Under the pieces are notes generated by a model. The model did no database searches, was not told the origin of the DNA, and saw only the letters and a program-made list of their open reading frames with translations. A stretch of 64,000 nt of DNA from an uncultured Candidatus Saccharibacteria bacterium (lineage in GTDB: Bacteria; Patescibacteriota; Dojkabacteria; J137). The translations under genes and the position numbers were made by a program. The stretch spans positions 53,481 through 117,480 of the forward strand of contig CAZUKH010000001.1 of NCBI GenBank assembly GCA_964620955.1, in the 5' to 3' direction. Within the stretch, counting starts at the first letter, position 1. Each line of letters opens with the position of its first letter. Positions 49,789 through 59,279 of this stretch are shown here, piece by piece.

Positions 49789-49917
49789 GAACTTTATGCG
49801 TAATGAACGAAAGACGCTACCCATGGCGTGGAAAAGCTGCTTGTCTGTGAAAACGGAGTGACTGTACGGTCGAAAAATAAGGTAGTTGAACCGTGAAAAT
49901 TCAGTTTCTTTTTATCT

Positions 49918-50280
49918 TTACTTATCAGTCGACAAATACTTGTCGAAATCATCTATAGTCTTTATTTTTTGAAGAGACTCATGTATATCAATAATATCAT
50001 CAGAATCTATGCTAGATATATTTGCAAATTTTTTTACTTCTTCTTTGTTAATTTCAGATTTAAATGCTGGGGTTTTCGAAGCTGCAACTATTCCTGGAAC
50101 TGGCATATTTACGTGAATAAGGTAGTTTGCTCCACAGTTTGAACAGTTAAGCCTGCAAATGGCCTTGTTACCCTCTTGTGACACAAGATCAAGATCTGAA
50201 TGAGCATGCTTATAACCGCACTTATCACAAAAATTTGGAATAATGCTGGAAATTTGATTTAAGAAATTTTGTTGTGGCAT
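49918..50280 (-). CDS. Hypothetical zinc-ribbon protein
   Basis: CDKCGYKH ... CRLNCSNCGANY form two CxxC pairs. Acidic C-terminus. Confidence 0.4.
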   Translation of the reverse strand: MPQQNFLNQISSIIPNFCDKCGYKHAHSDLDLVSQEGNKAICRLNCSNCGANYLIHVNMPVPGIVAASKTPAFKSEINKEEVKKFANISSIDSDDIIDIHESLQKIKTIDDFDKYLSTDK

Positions 50281-50367
50281 ATTTAATTATAAACTAATCT
50301 AGACTAAACCCCAAAGAATTATACCTATTAATTAGCAAATTAAGTATATCACTGCTAAAAGATGTTA

Positions 50368-50733
50368 TCAACTTTTCATATCCAAAAACTGCTCATGAAT
50401 TATGTCTTCAACTTCCGTTTTATTGAAAATAACTCCAACAAAATCAAACCTGTACGGCCATTTGTGTCTATTATTGGCTAATAACCATTGATTGGCAGCT
50501 TTTAACAATGATCTTTTTTTAGACTTAGTTAGACTTCCATAAATTGAAAACAAAGAACTTTGCTGTATTGACTTTACCTCTACAAACACGATCATTTCTC
50601 CTTGTTGCATTACTATGTCTAACTCACCACCATGAGAAAAATAGTTTTTTGATAGAGTTTTGTAGCCTTTTCCCGATAAAAAATCGTTAGCAATATTTTC
50701 CCCTTTTCTACCTTGTGAAATTGTTCTATGCAT
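50368..50733 (-). CDS. yraN: YraN-family (UPF0102) endonuclease
   Basis: GRKGENIANDFLSGKGYKTLSKNYFSHGGELDIVMQQGEMIVFVEVK matches the UPF0102 restriction-endonuclease-like core. Confidence 0.75.
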   Translation of the reverse strand: MHRTISQGRKGENIANDFLSGKGYKTLSKNYFSHGGELDIVMQQGEMIVFVEVKSIQQSSLFSIYGSLTKSKKRSLLKAANQWLLANNRHKWPYRFDFVGVIFNKTEVEDIIHEQFLDMKS

Positions 50734-50759
50734 TTAAAATTATACCAAATTGGTAAACT

Positions 50760-51164
50760 TTAACGCTTTGAGTATTGTTCTGCTTTACGAGCTTTTCGAA
50801 GACCTGCTTTCTTTCTTTCAACCATTCGAGGATCTCGTGTTGTTAAGCCGTGATTCTTTAGGTCTTTTTTCTTTTCTGGGTATAATTTTATTAAAGCTCT
50901 TGAAAGCCCAAGTCTTATAGCTTCAAGTTGAGCACTTGGACCCCCACCTCTTGCCTTTGCAGTAAAAAAGAATTTTTTAGGCTCAAGGTTTAAAGCTATA
51001 AAAGGCAACATAAGCTTATTGACCAGATGTTCGGCCCCATACACTTTTTGGAGTGGTTTATCATTAACAGAAGACTCTCCTTGCTTTTCATAAAGCCTTA
51101 CTGTAGCCGTTGCTGTTTTTCTTCTACCTATTGCATAAAAGTACTCGTTCTTATTTTCTGCCAT
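50760..51164 (-). CDS. rpsI: 30S ribosomal protein S9
   Basis: C-terminus GLRKARKAEQYSKR is the uS9 signature. Confidence 0.9.
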   Translation of the reverse strand: MAENKNEYFYAIGRRKTATATVRLYEKQGESSVNDKPLQKVYGAEHLVNKLMLPFIALNLEPKKFFFTAKARGGGPSAQLEAIRLGLSRALIKLYPEKKKDLKNHGLTTRDPRMVERKKAGLRKARKAEQYSKR

Positions 51165-51175
51165 ATATTTTAAAT

Positions 51176-51619
51176 CTATAATCTATATTTATTTAAGTCT
51201 AGTAATTGTGGAGCTTGAGCATTGTGAGGGTGTTCACTGGTTTTATAGACCTTTAAGTTAGATATAATTTTTCGCCCCCTACTATTTTTTGGAAGCATAC
51301 CCTTGACTGCACTATAAATTACATTGGTGCTGTCTTTTAACATTACAGTGTCTAAATCTTCATGCTTTAAACCACTTGGGAACCCGGAAAATTTCTTATA
51401 AAATTTGGTAAAACCTCTTTTTGGAGTGTAGTCAATGCTATCAGAATTTATTACAACCACATTTATCCTTGGCAAAAGATTTGGCCTTACCTTTGGATTG
51501 TTTTTACCGAGTAACAGCTCTGCAAGCTTAGTAGCAAGAACCCCTATTCTTTTACCTGCTGCATCAACTAAATACCATTTTTCTTCTATTTGTGTTTGAC
51601 TTATAGTTTGATATTTCAT
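51176..51619 (-). CDS. rplM: 50S ribosomal protein L13
   Basis: KWYLVDAAGKRIGVLATKLAELLLGK matches the uL13 N-terminus. Sits directly upstream of rpsI, the classic rplM-rpsI pair. Confidence 0.9.
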   Translation of the reverse strand: MKYQTISQTQIEEKWYLVDAAGKRIGVLATKLAELLLGKNNPKVRPNLLPRINVVVINSDSIDYTPKRGFTKFYKKFSGFPSGLKHEDLDTVMLKDSTNVIYSAVKGMLPKNSRGRKIISNLKVYKTSEHPHNAQAPQLLDLNKYRL

Positions 51620-51621
51620 AT

Positions 51622-52095
51622 TTATTTACCGCTAACGGCTTTTCTAACTCTTTTGGCTATTCCTTTAGTTTTACCTTTTTTTTCTTCCTGTTTTTTCAAT
51701 GTTTCTTTAACTTTAGATTTAATTTCTTTTCCTTCAAAATTTACAAGCATAACATATGATTGCGCCGAGTTGTCGCCTGGCCTTGATGTAGTTTTAACAA
51801 CGTGAGTGTAGCCTGAATTTCTATCGTTTAAATACTTTTTTACAACTGTTCCTAGCCTTTCAACTGCTCTTTTGTTACCACCCAAAAATGATGATACTAC
51901 CCTATTACCTGCTTCTGTCTCTTTTTTGTACGCAGTAACTAGCTTATCAAAAGAACTTTTTAAAAGTTTTGCTTTTTTTGGAGTAGTTTTTATTTTCCCG
52001 TTTCGGATTAGTTCTACAACCAACGATTTAGCTAAAGCTTTTTTGTGGCTTGCTGTAACTCCGCTTATTTTTATTTTTTTTCTATTTGTAAACAT
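51622..52095 (-). CDS. rplQ: 50S ribosomal protein L17
   Basis: Basic N-terminus and core consistent with bL17. Located downstream of rpoA, as in the alpha operon. Confidence 0.85.
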   Translation of the reverse strand: MFTNRKKIKISGVTASHKKALAKSLVVELIRNGKIKTTPKKAKLLKSSFDKLVTAYKKETEAGNRVVSSFLGGNKRAVERLGTVVKKYLNDRNSGYTHVVKTTSRPGDNSAQSYVMLVNFEGKEIKSKVKETLKKQEEKKGKTKGIAKRVRKAVSGK

Positions 52096-52119
52096 CTTGA
52101 GCTATTTTAAACAGATTTT

Positions 52120-53085
52120 TTAGATTAAATTAACTCCGTTTTTCTTTAAAGCATCAAAAAGCTCTACCAGTGACTTTTCTCCCATTCCTCGAATATTTGC
52201 TACCTCTTCTTCTGTAAAGCCTTCTAACTTCGATAAATCATCAAATCCTGCCCTAACCAAAGCATTGGTTAGCCTTGTTGATAAATTAAGTTCTGAAACT
52301 AGCAGTTTTTTATCTGTTGCATTTTGACCAATTTGTGATGCGGATGGAGTGGAAACAGTTGGAACACTCATTAAAGAATTACCGGTCACCATTTCGTTTG
52401 CGTTTTCTGATAGGTTTGTAGCCATTTCTTGTAATAAATTTGCTGCAATACCTAAAGCATCAGAAGGTGCAATAGAACCATTTGTAGTTATTGTTATGTT
52501 TACTTTGTCTAAATCTGTCTGTTGTCCTACTCTTGTTTGAGTTACAGAATAACTAACAAGCTTTACTGGTGAAAATATTGCATCTACTGGCAAAACTCCA
52601 ACTTCTTGCCTTACTGCCTCGTCAGGTAATTGGTATCCTACACCTCTTTCAACTGTTATTTCTGCTTTAAATCTTGTCTTACTTCCTGTTAATTTTGTAA
52701 TTACATAATCTTTATTTATTATTTCAACATCAGAATTAGCTTTAATGTCGGATGCTTTTACTTCTACAACTTGTCCATCTTTTCCTTTTACATCTATTTC
52801 AAGTTTGACTGGTTCTTCGACTTTTGAAATAAAAATAATATTTTTAAAAGCAAGAACTACTGTTAAAACATCATCACTCAATCCAGCTAGTGTAGAATAT
52901 TCATGTTGTACACCGTCAATTTTTACTGCAGTAACTGCAGAACCTGGTATAGAAGTCTCAAGAACTCTTCTAATCATATTACCTAAAGTGTGACCATACC
53001 CTGTTGGTAATGGCGAAATTTCAAATTCACCTTTAGTTTCGGTTTGCTCTTTTTGCGTAATTCGGAATTCTGCTAGTGAAATCAT
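52120..53085 (-). CDS. rpoA: DNA-directed RNA polymerase alpha subunit
   Basis: N-terminal domain (EFEISPLPTGYGHTLGNMIRRVL) and the C-terminal alphaCTD (ELNLSTRLTNALVRAGFDDLSKL). Confidence 0.9.
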   Translation of the reverse strand: MISLAEFRITQKEQTETKGEFEISPLPTGYGHTLGNMIRRVLETSIPGSAVTAVKIDGVQHEYSTLAGLSDDVLTVVLAFKNIIFISKVEEPVKLEIDVKGKDGQVVEVKASDIKANSDVEIINKDYVITKLTGSKTRFKAEITVERGVGYQLPDEAVRQEVGVLPVDAIFSPVKLVSYSVTQTRVGQQTDLDKVNITITTNGSIAPSDALGIAANLLQEMATNLSENANEMVTGNSLMSVPTVSTPSASQIGQNATDKKLLVSELNLSTRLTNALVRAGFDDLSKLEGFTEEEVANIRGMGEKSLVELFDALKKNGVNLI

Positions 53086-53112
53086 ACTTAAAAAAATTGA
53101 TAAATATATAAA

Positions 53113-53709
53113 TTACCTTGAGTACAACTCAATAATTAGACGCTCTTTTATTGTTTTGTCCATTTCATCTCTTGTTGGCTCTGCTACAACCTTTCCACCT
53201 TTTGCAAGCTTAGAAAGCCATGCTGGTGCCTTAACAGATTTATTAGCCTGCTCAATTTCTTTGGTTATTGGAGATTTCAAAAGTTTTTCTTTTATAGTTA
53301 TTTCATCACCTGGCTTAAGAATTGCTGAAGGCACATTATGCTTTTTACCATTGAGCTGGACAAGACCATGAGTAACAAACTGCCTTGCTTGATCTCTTGT
53401 AACTGCATACCCTAGTTTATATAAAACATTGTCTAGTCTTAGTTCTAATAGTTGTAAAAGTCTTGTGCTTGAGTTACCTTCAGTTTTAAGTGCCATCGTG
53501 TAAAATCGCCTAAATTGCTTTTCTGTCATTCCGTACATTCTTTTAACTTTTTGCTTTTCACGAAACTGTATTGCATATTCTGACTGTCTTTTTTTAAGCA
53601 TATTGAATTGTCCAGGCAGGGTTGCTCTTCGTTTCCATTTTTCTGAAGATGTTTTTACTGTTGCATTTTCTCTTCTATTTATTCTCCATTTTGGTCCTGT
53701 ATATCTCAT
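53113..53709 (-). CDS. rpsD: 30S ribosomal protein S4
   Basis: MRYTGPKWRINRREN N-terminus and an S4 RNA-binding domain. Confidence 0.9.
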   Translation of the reverse strand: MRYTGPKWRINRRENATVKTSSEKWKRRATLPGQFNMLKKRQSEYAIQFREKQKVKRMYGMTEKQFRRFYTMALKTEGNSSTRLLQLLELRLDNVLYKLGYAVTRDQARQFVTHGLVQLNGKKHNVPSAILKPGDEITIKEKLLKSPITKEIEQANKSVKAPAWLSKLAKGGKVVAEPTRDEMDKTIKERLIIELYSR

Positions 53710-53728
53710 AGTTGTTTACTTTATATTT

Positions 53729-54148
53729 TTATTTTTTAGGCATTCGTCTTGGCTTGCATCCTCCATGCGGAACAGGGGTATGATCTGCAAGAGAAGTAAT
53801 TCTTATCCCAGCAGCTCTTATACCTTTAATTGCTGCTTGTCTTCCAATTCCAATTCCCGAAACAATAACTTCTGCTTCTTTAGCTCCAACATCCATGGCT
53901 TTTTTGGAAGCTTCTTCTCCAGCTCGGGTTGCTGCATATGCAGTACTTTTTTTGCTACCTTTAAAACCAACTGACCCACAACTGCTTGTAGAAATTACAT
54001 TTCCTTCATAATCAGTAACGCTAACAATTGTATTATTATATGTTGCCCATACTTTTACTAACACCCTTGGAGAAACTGACTTCTTTTTTTTCTTTTTTAC
54101 TTCTGTTGTTTTAGCTGCTACTGTTTTATTTGCTTGCTTTGTTGCCAT
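53729..54148 (-). CDS. rpsK: 30S ribosomal protein S11
   Basis: WATYNNTIVSVTDYEGNVIS and the C-terminal GIRITSLADHTPVPHGGCKPRRMPKK match uS11. Confidence 0.9.
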   Translation of the reverse strand: MATKQANKTVAAKTTEVKKKKKKSVSPRVLVKVWATYNNTIVSVTDYEGNVISTSSCGSVGFKGSKKSTAYAATRAGEEASKKAMDVGAKEAEVIVSGIGIGRQAAIKGIRAAGIRITSLADHTPVPHGGCKPRRMPKK

Positions 54149-54154
54149 AATTTT

Positions 54155-54538
54155 TTATTTTTGTGTTGCTTTTATTTTTAGCCCTCCTACTGCTATTGCC
54201 CTTCCTTTTCTTGTTCTGCAGTTACTTCTTGTATTTTGACCTCTCACTGGCAACCCAGCTTTATGTCTTAAACCTCTGTATGCTCTTATATCTTTAAGTC
54301 TTTTTACGTCTTTAAAAACTTTTTGCCTTATTTGACCTTCCGTTGGCACATTTTTCTCAATGTACTCGTAAATTCTTTTAATTTCGTTGTCTTTAAGGTC
54401 TTTAACTCTTGTGTCAGGATTGATATTTGTAGCCTTGAGAATTTTTTGTGAAGTTGACAATCCAATGCCAACAACATATGTTAATGCAGCTTCTACTCTT
54501 TTTTCATTTGGGATTTCAACCCCTACTATTCTTGCCAT
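54155..54538 (-). CDS. rpsM: 30S ribosomal protein S13
   Basis: [27 protein letters not shown]-terminus and a basic C-terminal tail. Confidence 0.9.
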   Translation of the reverse strand: MARIVGVEIPNEKRVEAALTYVVGIGLSTSQKILKATNINPDTRVKDLKDNEIKRIYEYIEKNVPTEGQIRQKVFKDVKRLKDIRAYRGLRHKAGLPVRGQNTRSNCRTRKGRAIAVGGLKIKATQK

Positions 54539-54568
54539 TATTATTTTTTATTATTACTAAATTTGTTA

Positions 54569-54721
54569 TTAGCCTTGCTTTTGTTTATGCCTTGGATTTG
54601 ACTTACAGTAAACATAATAGACAGGCTTTATGGTAACTTTACCTTTAGTCACTATTCTTTTTTTTCTTTTTACTATGTAACAATCTTTACACCTTTTTTT
54701 GATACTAGCTTTGGCTTTCAT
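54569..54721 (-). CDS. rpmJ: 50S ribosomal protein L36 (50 aa, with an internal insertion)
   Basis: Not in the ORF track because it is under 60 aa. Translation: [50 protein letters not shown]. This has the C-x2-C...C...H zinc ribbon and the canonical NP+HKQ+QG ending, and it lies between infA and rpsM. Confidence 0.75.
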   Translation of the reverse strand: MKAKASIKKRCKDCYIVKRKKRIVTKGKVTIKPVYYVYCKSNPRHKQKQG

Positions 54722-54801
54722 CAGGTCAAAATTAACTATGATTTATAGCAGATTTTTTGTTGATAGTAAATAGTTATCTGCTAATTTCTATGTTTTTATA
54801 A

Positions 54802-55083
54802 CTATTTTTTTGGTCTTCTTGGAGGACCATAACCATACTGTCTTTTAGTTATTCTGTAGACTATTCTCCCAATGTTTATATCGTACAATGATATTTCTAT
54901 TCTTACTTGATCTCCTTTAACCAACTGAATAAAGTTTGTTCTCATTTTCCCCGAGACATAGCATTTTACATTATGCTCCATACCCTGATAATTTATTTTT
55001 ACAATGTATTCAAGGCCAGGAAGTACATCTGTTACAACCCCTTCTACAATAATACTGGCAGTCTTATCCTTTTCTTTAGACAT
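54802..55083 (-). CDS. infA: Translation initiation factor IF-1 with a basic C-terminal extension
   Basis: S1-like OB fold (VEGVVTDVLPGLEYIVKI...VSGKMRTNFIQLVKGDQVRIEISLYDINIGRIVYR) followed by an extra ITKRQYGYGPPRRPKK. Confidence 0.85.
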   Translation of the reverse strand: MSKEKDKTASIIVEGVVTDVLPGLEYIVKINYQGMEHNVKCYVSGKMRTNFIQLVKGDQVRIEISLYDINIGRIVYRITKRQYGYGPPRRPKK

Positions 55084-55142
55084 TATTTCTTAATAATTTT
55101 AGCTTGTGCATTTTAGCAGGAAGATTGTTATTTTACCAGGAT

Positions 55143-55883
55143 TCACGAAGCAGCAGTCTTTTTTGATTTAAGACTTGCACCGACCACTACTAAAATTACT
55201 CCTAAAAATATTGTGATTATTGAACCTAAGTCTGTAGGTAAAGCTGTATTAGGAGTTGTTTGGCCACCCGAAGGCGTTGTTCCTTGTCCATTTGTGCCTC
55301 CAGTAGTAGTGCCTCCCGACCCAGACGTTTGTTGCGTACTAAGTGCGACTGTAACTTCGTTAGATGTATACGCAAGCCCTATTCCAGCTTGTCTAACTAG
55401 CTGAGTGCCTGTAGTACCCTCAACTACTTTTATGACTGGGCTACCTGTTGTTTGTGCCTGAAACTCTATTTCGGCAACATTTCGGTTTACTGCCAAAGGT
55501 TGACTTGGAGCCACTGCCCTCAGTCTTATCCTCCCCACATTGGCAACTGTATTATCTTGTAGCTGATCTTCAACTTCAAACACTGTATCCAAAAATTTTA
55601 TTTGCGTTCCAGCTGTAGCTGGATCTGCATCCACAACTTGCAGTTTAGTTGGATCAAAATCTATAACAACTCTATATTCATTAATATTTACATCATTGGT
55701 GTTTATTGCAACTGTAACTTTAAATTTTTGACCTATAGTTACTGATGTACTAGAAGATGTAAGTAAAACAGTCCCACTGACTGTAGTCCCGCCGCCTATA
55801 TCTATAGATCCAAATGTGGGTTGGGCAAAAGAATCTACCTGTGCATGGGCTTTCGGAATCAGTATTTCAATCAGATTTGCCAT
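55143..55883 (-). CDS. Secreted Ig/cohesin-like surface protein with a C-terminal sorting-signal-like tripartite tail
   Basis: N-terminal signal, beta-rich Thr/Val-rich body, a GT-rich linker (GSGGTTTGGTNGQGTTPSGGQTTP), then ALPTDLG + hydrophobic helix (IITIFLGVILVVVGA) + basic tail (SLKSKKTAAS). Confidence 0.5.
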   Translation of the reverse strand: MANLIEILIPKAHAQVDSFAQPTFGSIDIGGGTTVSGTVLLTSSSTSVTIGQKFKVTVAINTNDVNINEYRVVIDFDPTKLQVVDADPATAGTQIKFLDTVFEVEDQLQDNTVANVGRIRLRAVAPSQPLAVNRNVAEIEFQAQTTGSPVIKVVEGTTGTQLVRQAGIGLAYTSNEVTVALSTQQTSGSGGTTTGGTNGQGTTPSGGQTTPNTALPTDLGSIITIFLGVILVVVGASLKSKKTAAS

Positions 55884-56132
55884 AAGTCATAATATATCTA
55901 AATTAGTTATAGTTCAATTTTGCTTATGTAATAGGCTTAGGAAGGTGGCAAATTGTAGCAAAAGTGTTGGGTGAAATATACATGAATATACCAGCACAAT
56001 ACAAAGTTTATTTTAAACTAATCATAAAACCCTTGATTTTAGTCCGGCCTGCCTAAGGTCATACAAAGGATTTTATTGTTTCGCATGAAGCTTTAATTGT
56101 GGTAAATTGGTACGATTAAGATTAGAAAATGA

Positions 56133-56951
56133 ATGAAGACATATAATCCCCACGTGGCAATAGTAATTGTTACATGGAATAATGAAAAAGATATTAAAAC
56201 TTGCATTGACTCTCTTTTTAAATCCAGCTATAAGAATATTTCTGTCATTGTAGTTGATAATGCATCTACAGATGCAACATGTAAAGTTATTAAAGAAAAT
56301 TATAAAGCTGAGGTGCATTTAATAAAACTTCCAGAAAATCTTTACCTAACTGGTGGTAATAACATTGGAATTCAATATGCTCTAGACACTTTTGCGCCTG
56401 AATACACTATGGTGCTCAATCCTGATACTCAAGTTGATAAAAATGCATTAAATTTAATGGTAAAAACTGCTAGCAAATCAGAACGAATTGGAGCAGTTGG
56501 GCCTAAATTAGTGTTTTTTAATAATCATAATGCTGGGTTGATTAATTCTGCAGGTATTTTTTATGATGGGTTTGCACAGGCCTACGATAGAGGTTTTATG
56601 GATAAAGACGAAGGCCAGTGGGACAAAGAAGAAAAGGTATTTGGTGTAAGTGGTGCATGCATTCTTTATAAAAGTAAAATGCTAAGCGAAATTGGCTTGT
56701 ATTGGATTCCAATTAGAATGTATTTAGATGAGGTAGAAATGTTTATAAGGGCACAAAAAAGAGGCTGGTCTGTTGTATTCAATGGCGAAGCGGTTGTTTA
56801 TCATTCATATATGAAGTCCACAAACTCTAACAAACTCTTTAGGATCGAAAAACAAAAGTTAAAAGCTTGGATGCTTATAGCCTTAAGACACTACTCTTTA
56901 AAGGGCAAATTTGCCATGGCACGAAAATATTTTTTTAATCTTTTTTCATGA
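56133..56951 (+). CDS. Glycosyltransferase family 2
   Basis: VAIVIVTWNNEKDIKTCIDSL ... SVIVVDNASTD (GT-A fold N-terminus with a DxD-type region). Confidence 0.8.
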   Translation: MKTYNPHVAIVIVTWNNEKDIKTCIDSLFKSSYKNISVIVVDNASTDATCKVIKENYKAEVHLIKLPENLYLTGGNNIGIQYALDTFAPEYTMVLNPDTQVDKNALNLMVKTASKSERIGAVGPKLVFFNNHNAGLINSAGIFYDGFAQAYDRGFMDKDEGQWDKEEKVFGVSGACILYKSKMLSEIGLYWIPIRMYLDEVEMFIRAQKRGWSVVFNGEAVVYHSYMKSTNSNKLFRIEKQKLKAWMLIALRHYSLKGKFAMARKYFFNLFS

Positions 56952-57919
56952 AAAATAAAACTGTGTTAATTACTGGCTCAGCCGGTTTTATTGGAACTAA
57001 TCTTACGAAATGGCACCTTGCTAACGGTGACAAAGTAATAGGAATTGACAATTTTAGCTCTGCAGACAAGTGGAAATCTTCTTTACATAGTAAGAATAAA
57101 AACTATAAATTTTTAAATCTTGATATTTCGAAGTCTTTTAGTGATGAAGTTAAAATGCTTTCAGGGGAAACAATAGACTACATTTATAATTTAGCATGTC
57201 CTGCCTCTCCACCTAGATATCAGGCTTTGCCACTTGAAACTATAGCTGTTAATACACTTGGGATAATTAATGTGCTTGACTTAGCTCTTGATACAGGTGC
57301 AAAGGTTTTACAGGCCTCTACTTCTGAGGTGTATGGGGACCCTTTAGAACACCCTCAAAAAGAGACATACCGTGGAAACGTAAATACCGTTGGTCCGAGA
57401 AGCTGTTACGATGAAGGTAAAAGAATAGCAGAAACTATTTGTTATGAATATAAAAAGAAAGGGGTTGATATAAAAATTGCTCGCTTTTTTAATACATATG
57501 GGCCATTTATGGACCCAGATGATGGCAGGGTTGTAACAAATTTTATTTTGCAATCAATTAATAACAAAAATATAACTATTTTTGGGAAAGGGAGTCAAAC
57601 AAGATCTTTTCAATATATTGACGATCTTATTACGGCAATTACGACTTTTATTTCTATAGATAATTTATTTGGACCATTAAACATAGGAAACCCGGGTGAA
57701 TTCACAATACTTGAACTTGCAGAAATCGTATTAGAACTTACCAAATCAAAAAGCAAGCTGGTATTTAAAGACCTGCCTGCAGATGATCCTTTACAAAGAA
57801 GGCCTGATATTACTGAAGCGAAAGAAAAGTTAAGCTGGGTACCTAAAGTCCAATTAAAAGAAGGTCTTAAAAAAACTATAAATTATTTTAAAAATCTTGA
57901 AAAATTTTCAACAAATTAA
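56948..57919 (+). CDS. uxs: UDP-glucuronate decarboxylase (UDP-xylose synthase), extended SDR
   Basis: VLITGSAGFIGTNL Rossmann motif, and a catalytic region YDEGKRIAETIC that matches the UXS signature (YDEGKRVAETLC). Confidence 0.8.
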   Translation: MKNKTVLITGSAGFIGTNLTKWHLANGDKVIGIDNFSSADKWKSSLHSKNKNYKFLNLDISKSFSDEVKMLSGETIDYIYNLACPASPPRYQALPLETIAVNTLGIINVLDLALDTGAKVLQASTSEVYGDPLEHPQKETYRGNVNTVGPRSCYDEGKRIAETICYEYKKKGVDIKIARFFNTYGPFMDPDDGRVVTNFILQSINNKNITIFGKGSQTRSFQYIDDLITAITTFISIDNLFGPLNIGNPGEFTILELAEIVLELTKSKSKLVFKDLPADDPLQRRPDITEAKEKLSWVPKVQLKEGLKKTINYFKNLEKFSTN

Positions 57920-59279
57920 AAAATCAATACTAAATAATAGAAACTTTTACATTTTTTTTGTCTTTTTCTTTGTAATTTTTACTTTATGGCTAGTGGCTTT
58001 TTACCCTGGGATTATGACTCCGGACTCCGAAGACCAGTGGGTACAAGCCTACAACTTTAGATTTAATAATCACCATCCATTCTTTCATACTTTTATTTTG
58101 GCTCTACTTCAACGAGTAATTTATTCACCTGCTTTTGTGGCTTTTTTACAAATAGTTGCGACAAGTTTTATGCTGGCTTTCTTTCTAAACTACCTTTATA
58201 AAAAAGGTGTACGTTTAACAATTGTTACTGCACTCTTTTTGCTCTTAGCATTTTCACCTTCAATTGGCTACTTTAATATTACTCTTTGGAAAGATATTCC
58301 TTTTTCTTTAGGTGTAGTGGCTATAGGGTTAATCTTTTTTGTACACTCAATTGATGGCTTTCCAAAAAGAAAAAAATGGTTGTTTATTTTTGGAGTATTT
58401 TTTGCGTTAATAGGATCGTTAAGGCATAACGGTTTATTGCTTTAGGCATTTATGCCCTTTTTATACTGGCTTTTTGGGGTCATAAATATAAAAAAAACTT
58501 TATATCTTTTTGGAGTTTCTTTTTTTGTATACCTTTTTATTCAAATACCTCTTGCTTCATTACTAAAAGTAGATAAACCTAACTTTATTGGAATGACCCC
58601 GTTTATTCACATGATTGCAGCACCAATTACACAGGGCTACCCGCTAGATGAGGCTCAAAAGAACTTTATTGAAGAGATGATTTCAGTTGAATCTATTAAA
58701 GATAACTATACTTGCATTTCTGGAAATCCCCTATATTTTAATAATCCTGATTTTAAATTTGAAAAAACTTTTGACAATACATATGCCAATAACTTTTATA
58801 GCTTTGCAATAAGCGTAATTAGGCGTTCTATCCCTGAAGTTATTGGAAACAGAGCATGTCTTTTTTTAGCAACAATAGGGGTTAATTATAAAACTTTTGT
58901 AGTGGGAAACCCGGGCATTAGTGAACCAATTACAAGCAAATATAGTGTTCCTCAGTATCAAGAAACGGCCTTTAGCTTAGCTCTTTGGAACTATGTTAAC
59001 AGCTCTCAAAGCTCCAGGATAATCTACTACGTGTTTTGGGCAGCCCTAGCCTATATACCGGTTATTTTACTTGTAATGCTTATTAGAAGGAATAAGGCTA
59101 CATGGGGATTTGGACTAACAATTTTCATAAATTTAGTAGCCTTGTTAATTGGTGGGGTTGGTCCAGACTACAGGTTTGTTTATTACGTTTATTTAGCTGG
59201 AACACTAAGCTTGGGAATGCTTTTTATTCCAAAAATTGTAATGCCTAATTACAATATTAAACTTAAGAAACAGGGATAG
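57897..59279 (+). pseudogene. GT-C-like polytopic membrane glycosyltransferase candidate, interrupted by a single in-frame TAG at 58443..58445. The two ORFs 57897..58445 and 58452..59279 share one frame.
   Basis: Both ORFs are in frame 0 and are separated only by TAG-GCA-TTT before the ATG. The combined product is about 460 aa with 10 or more TM helices and an early loop motif YPGIMTPDSEDQW (GT-C DE-like). It is embedded in a glycosylation cluster. Confidence 0.45.
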
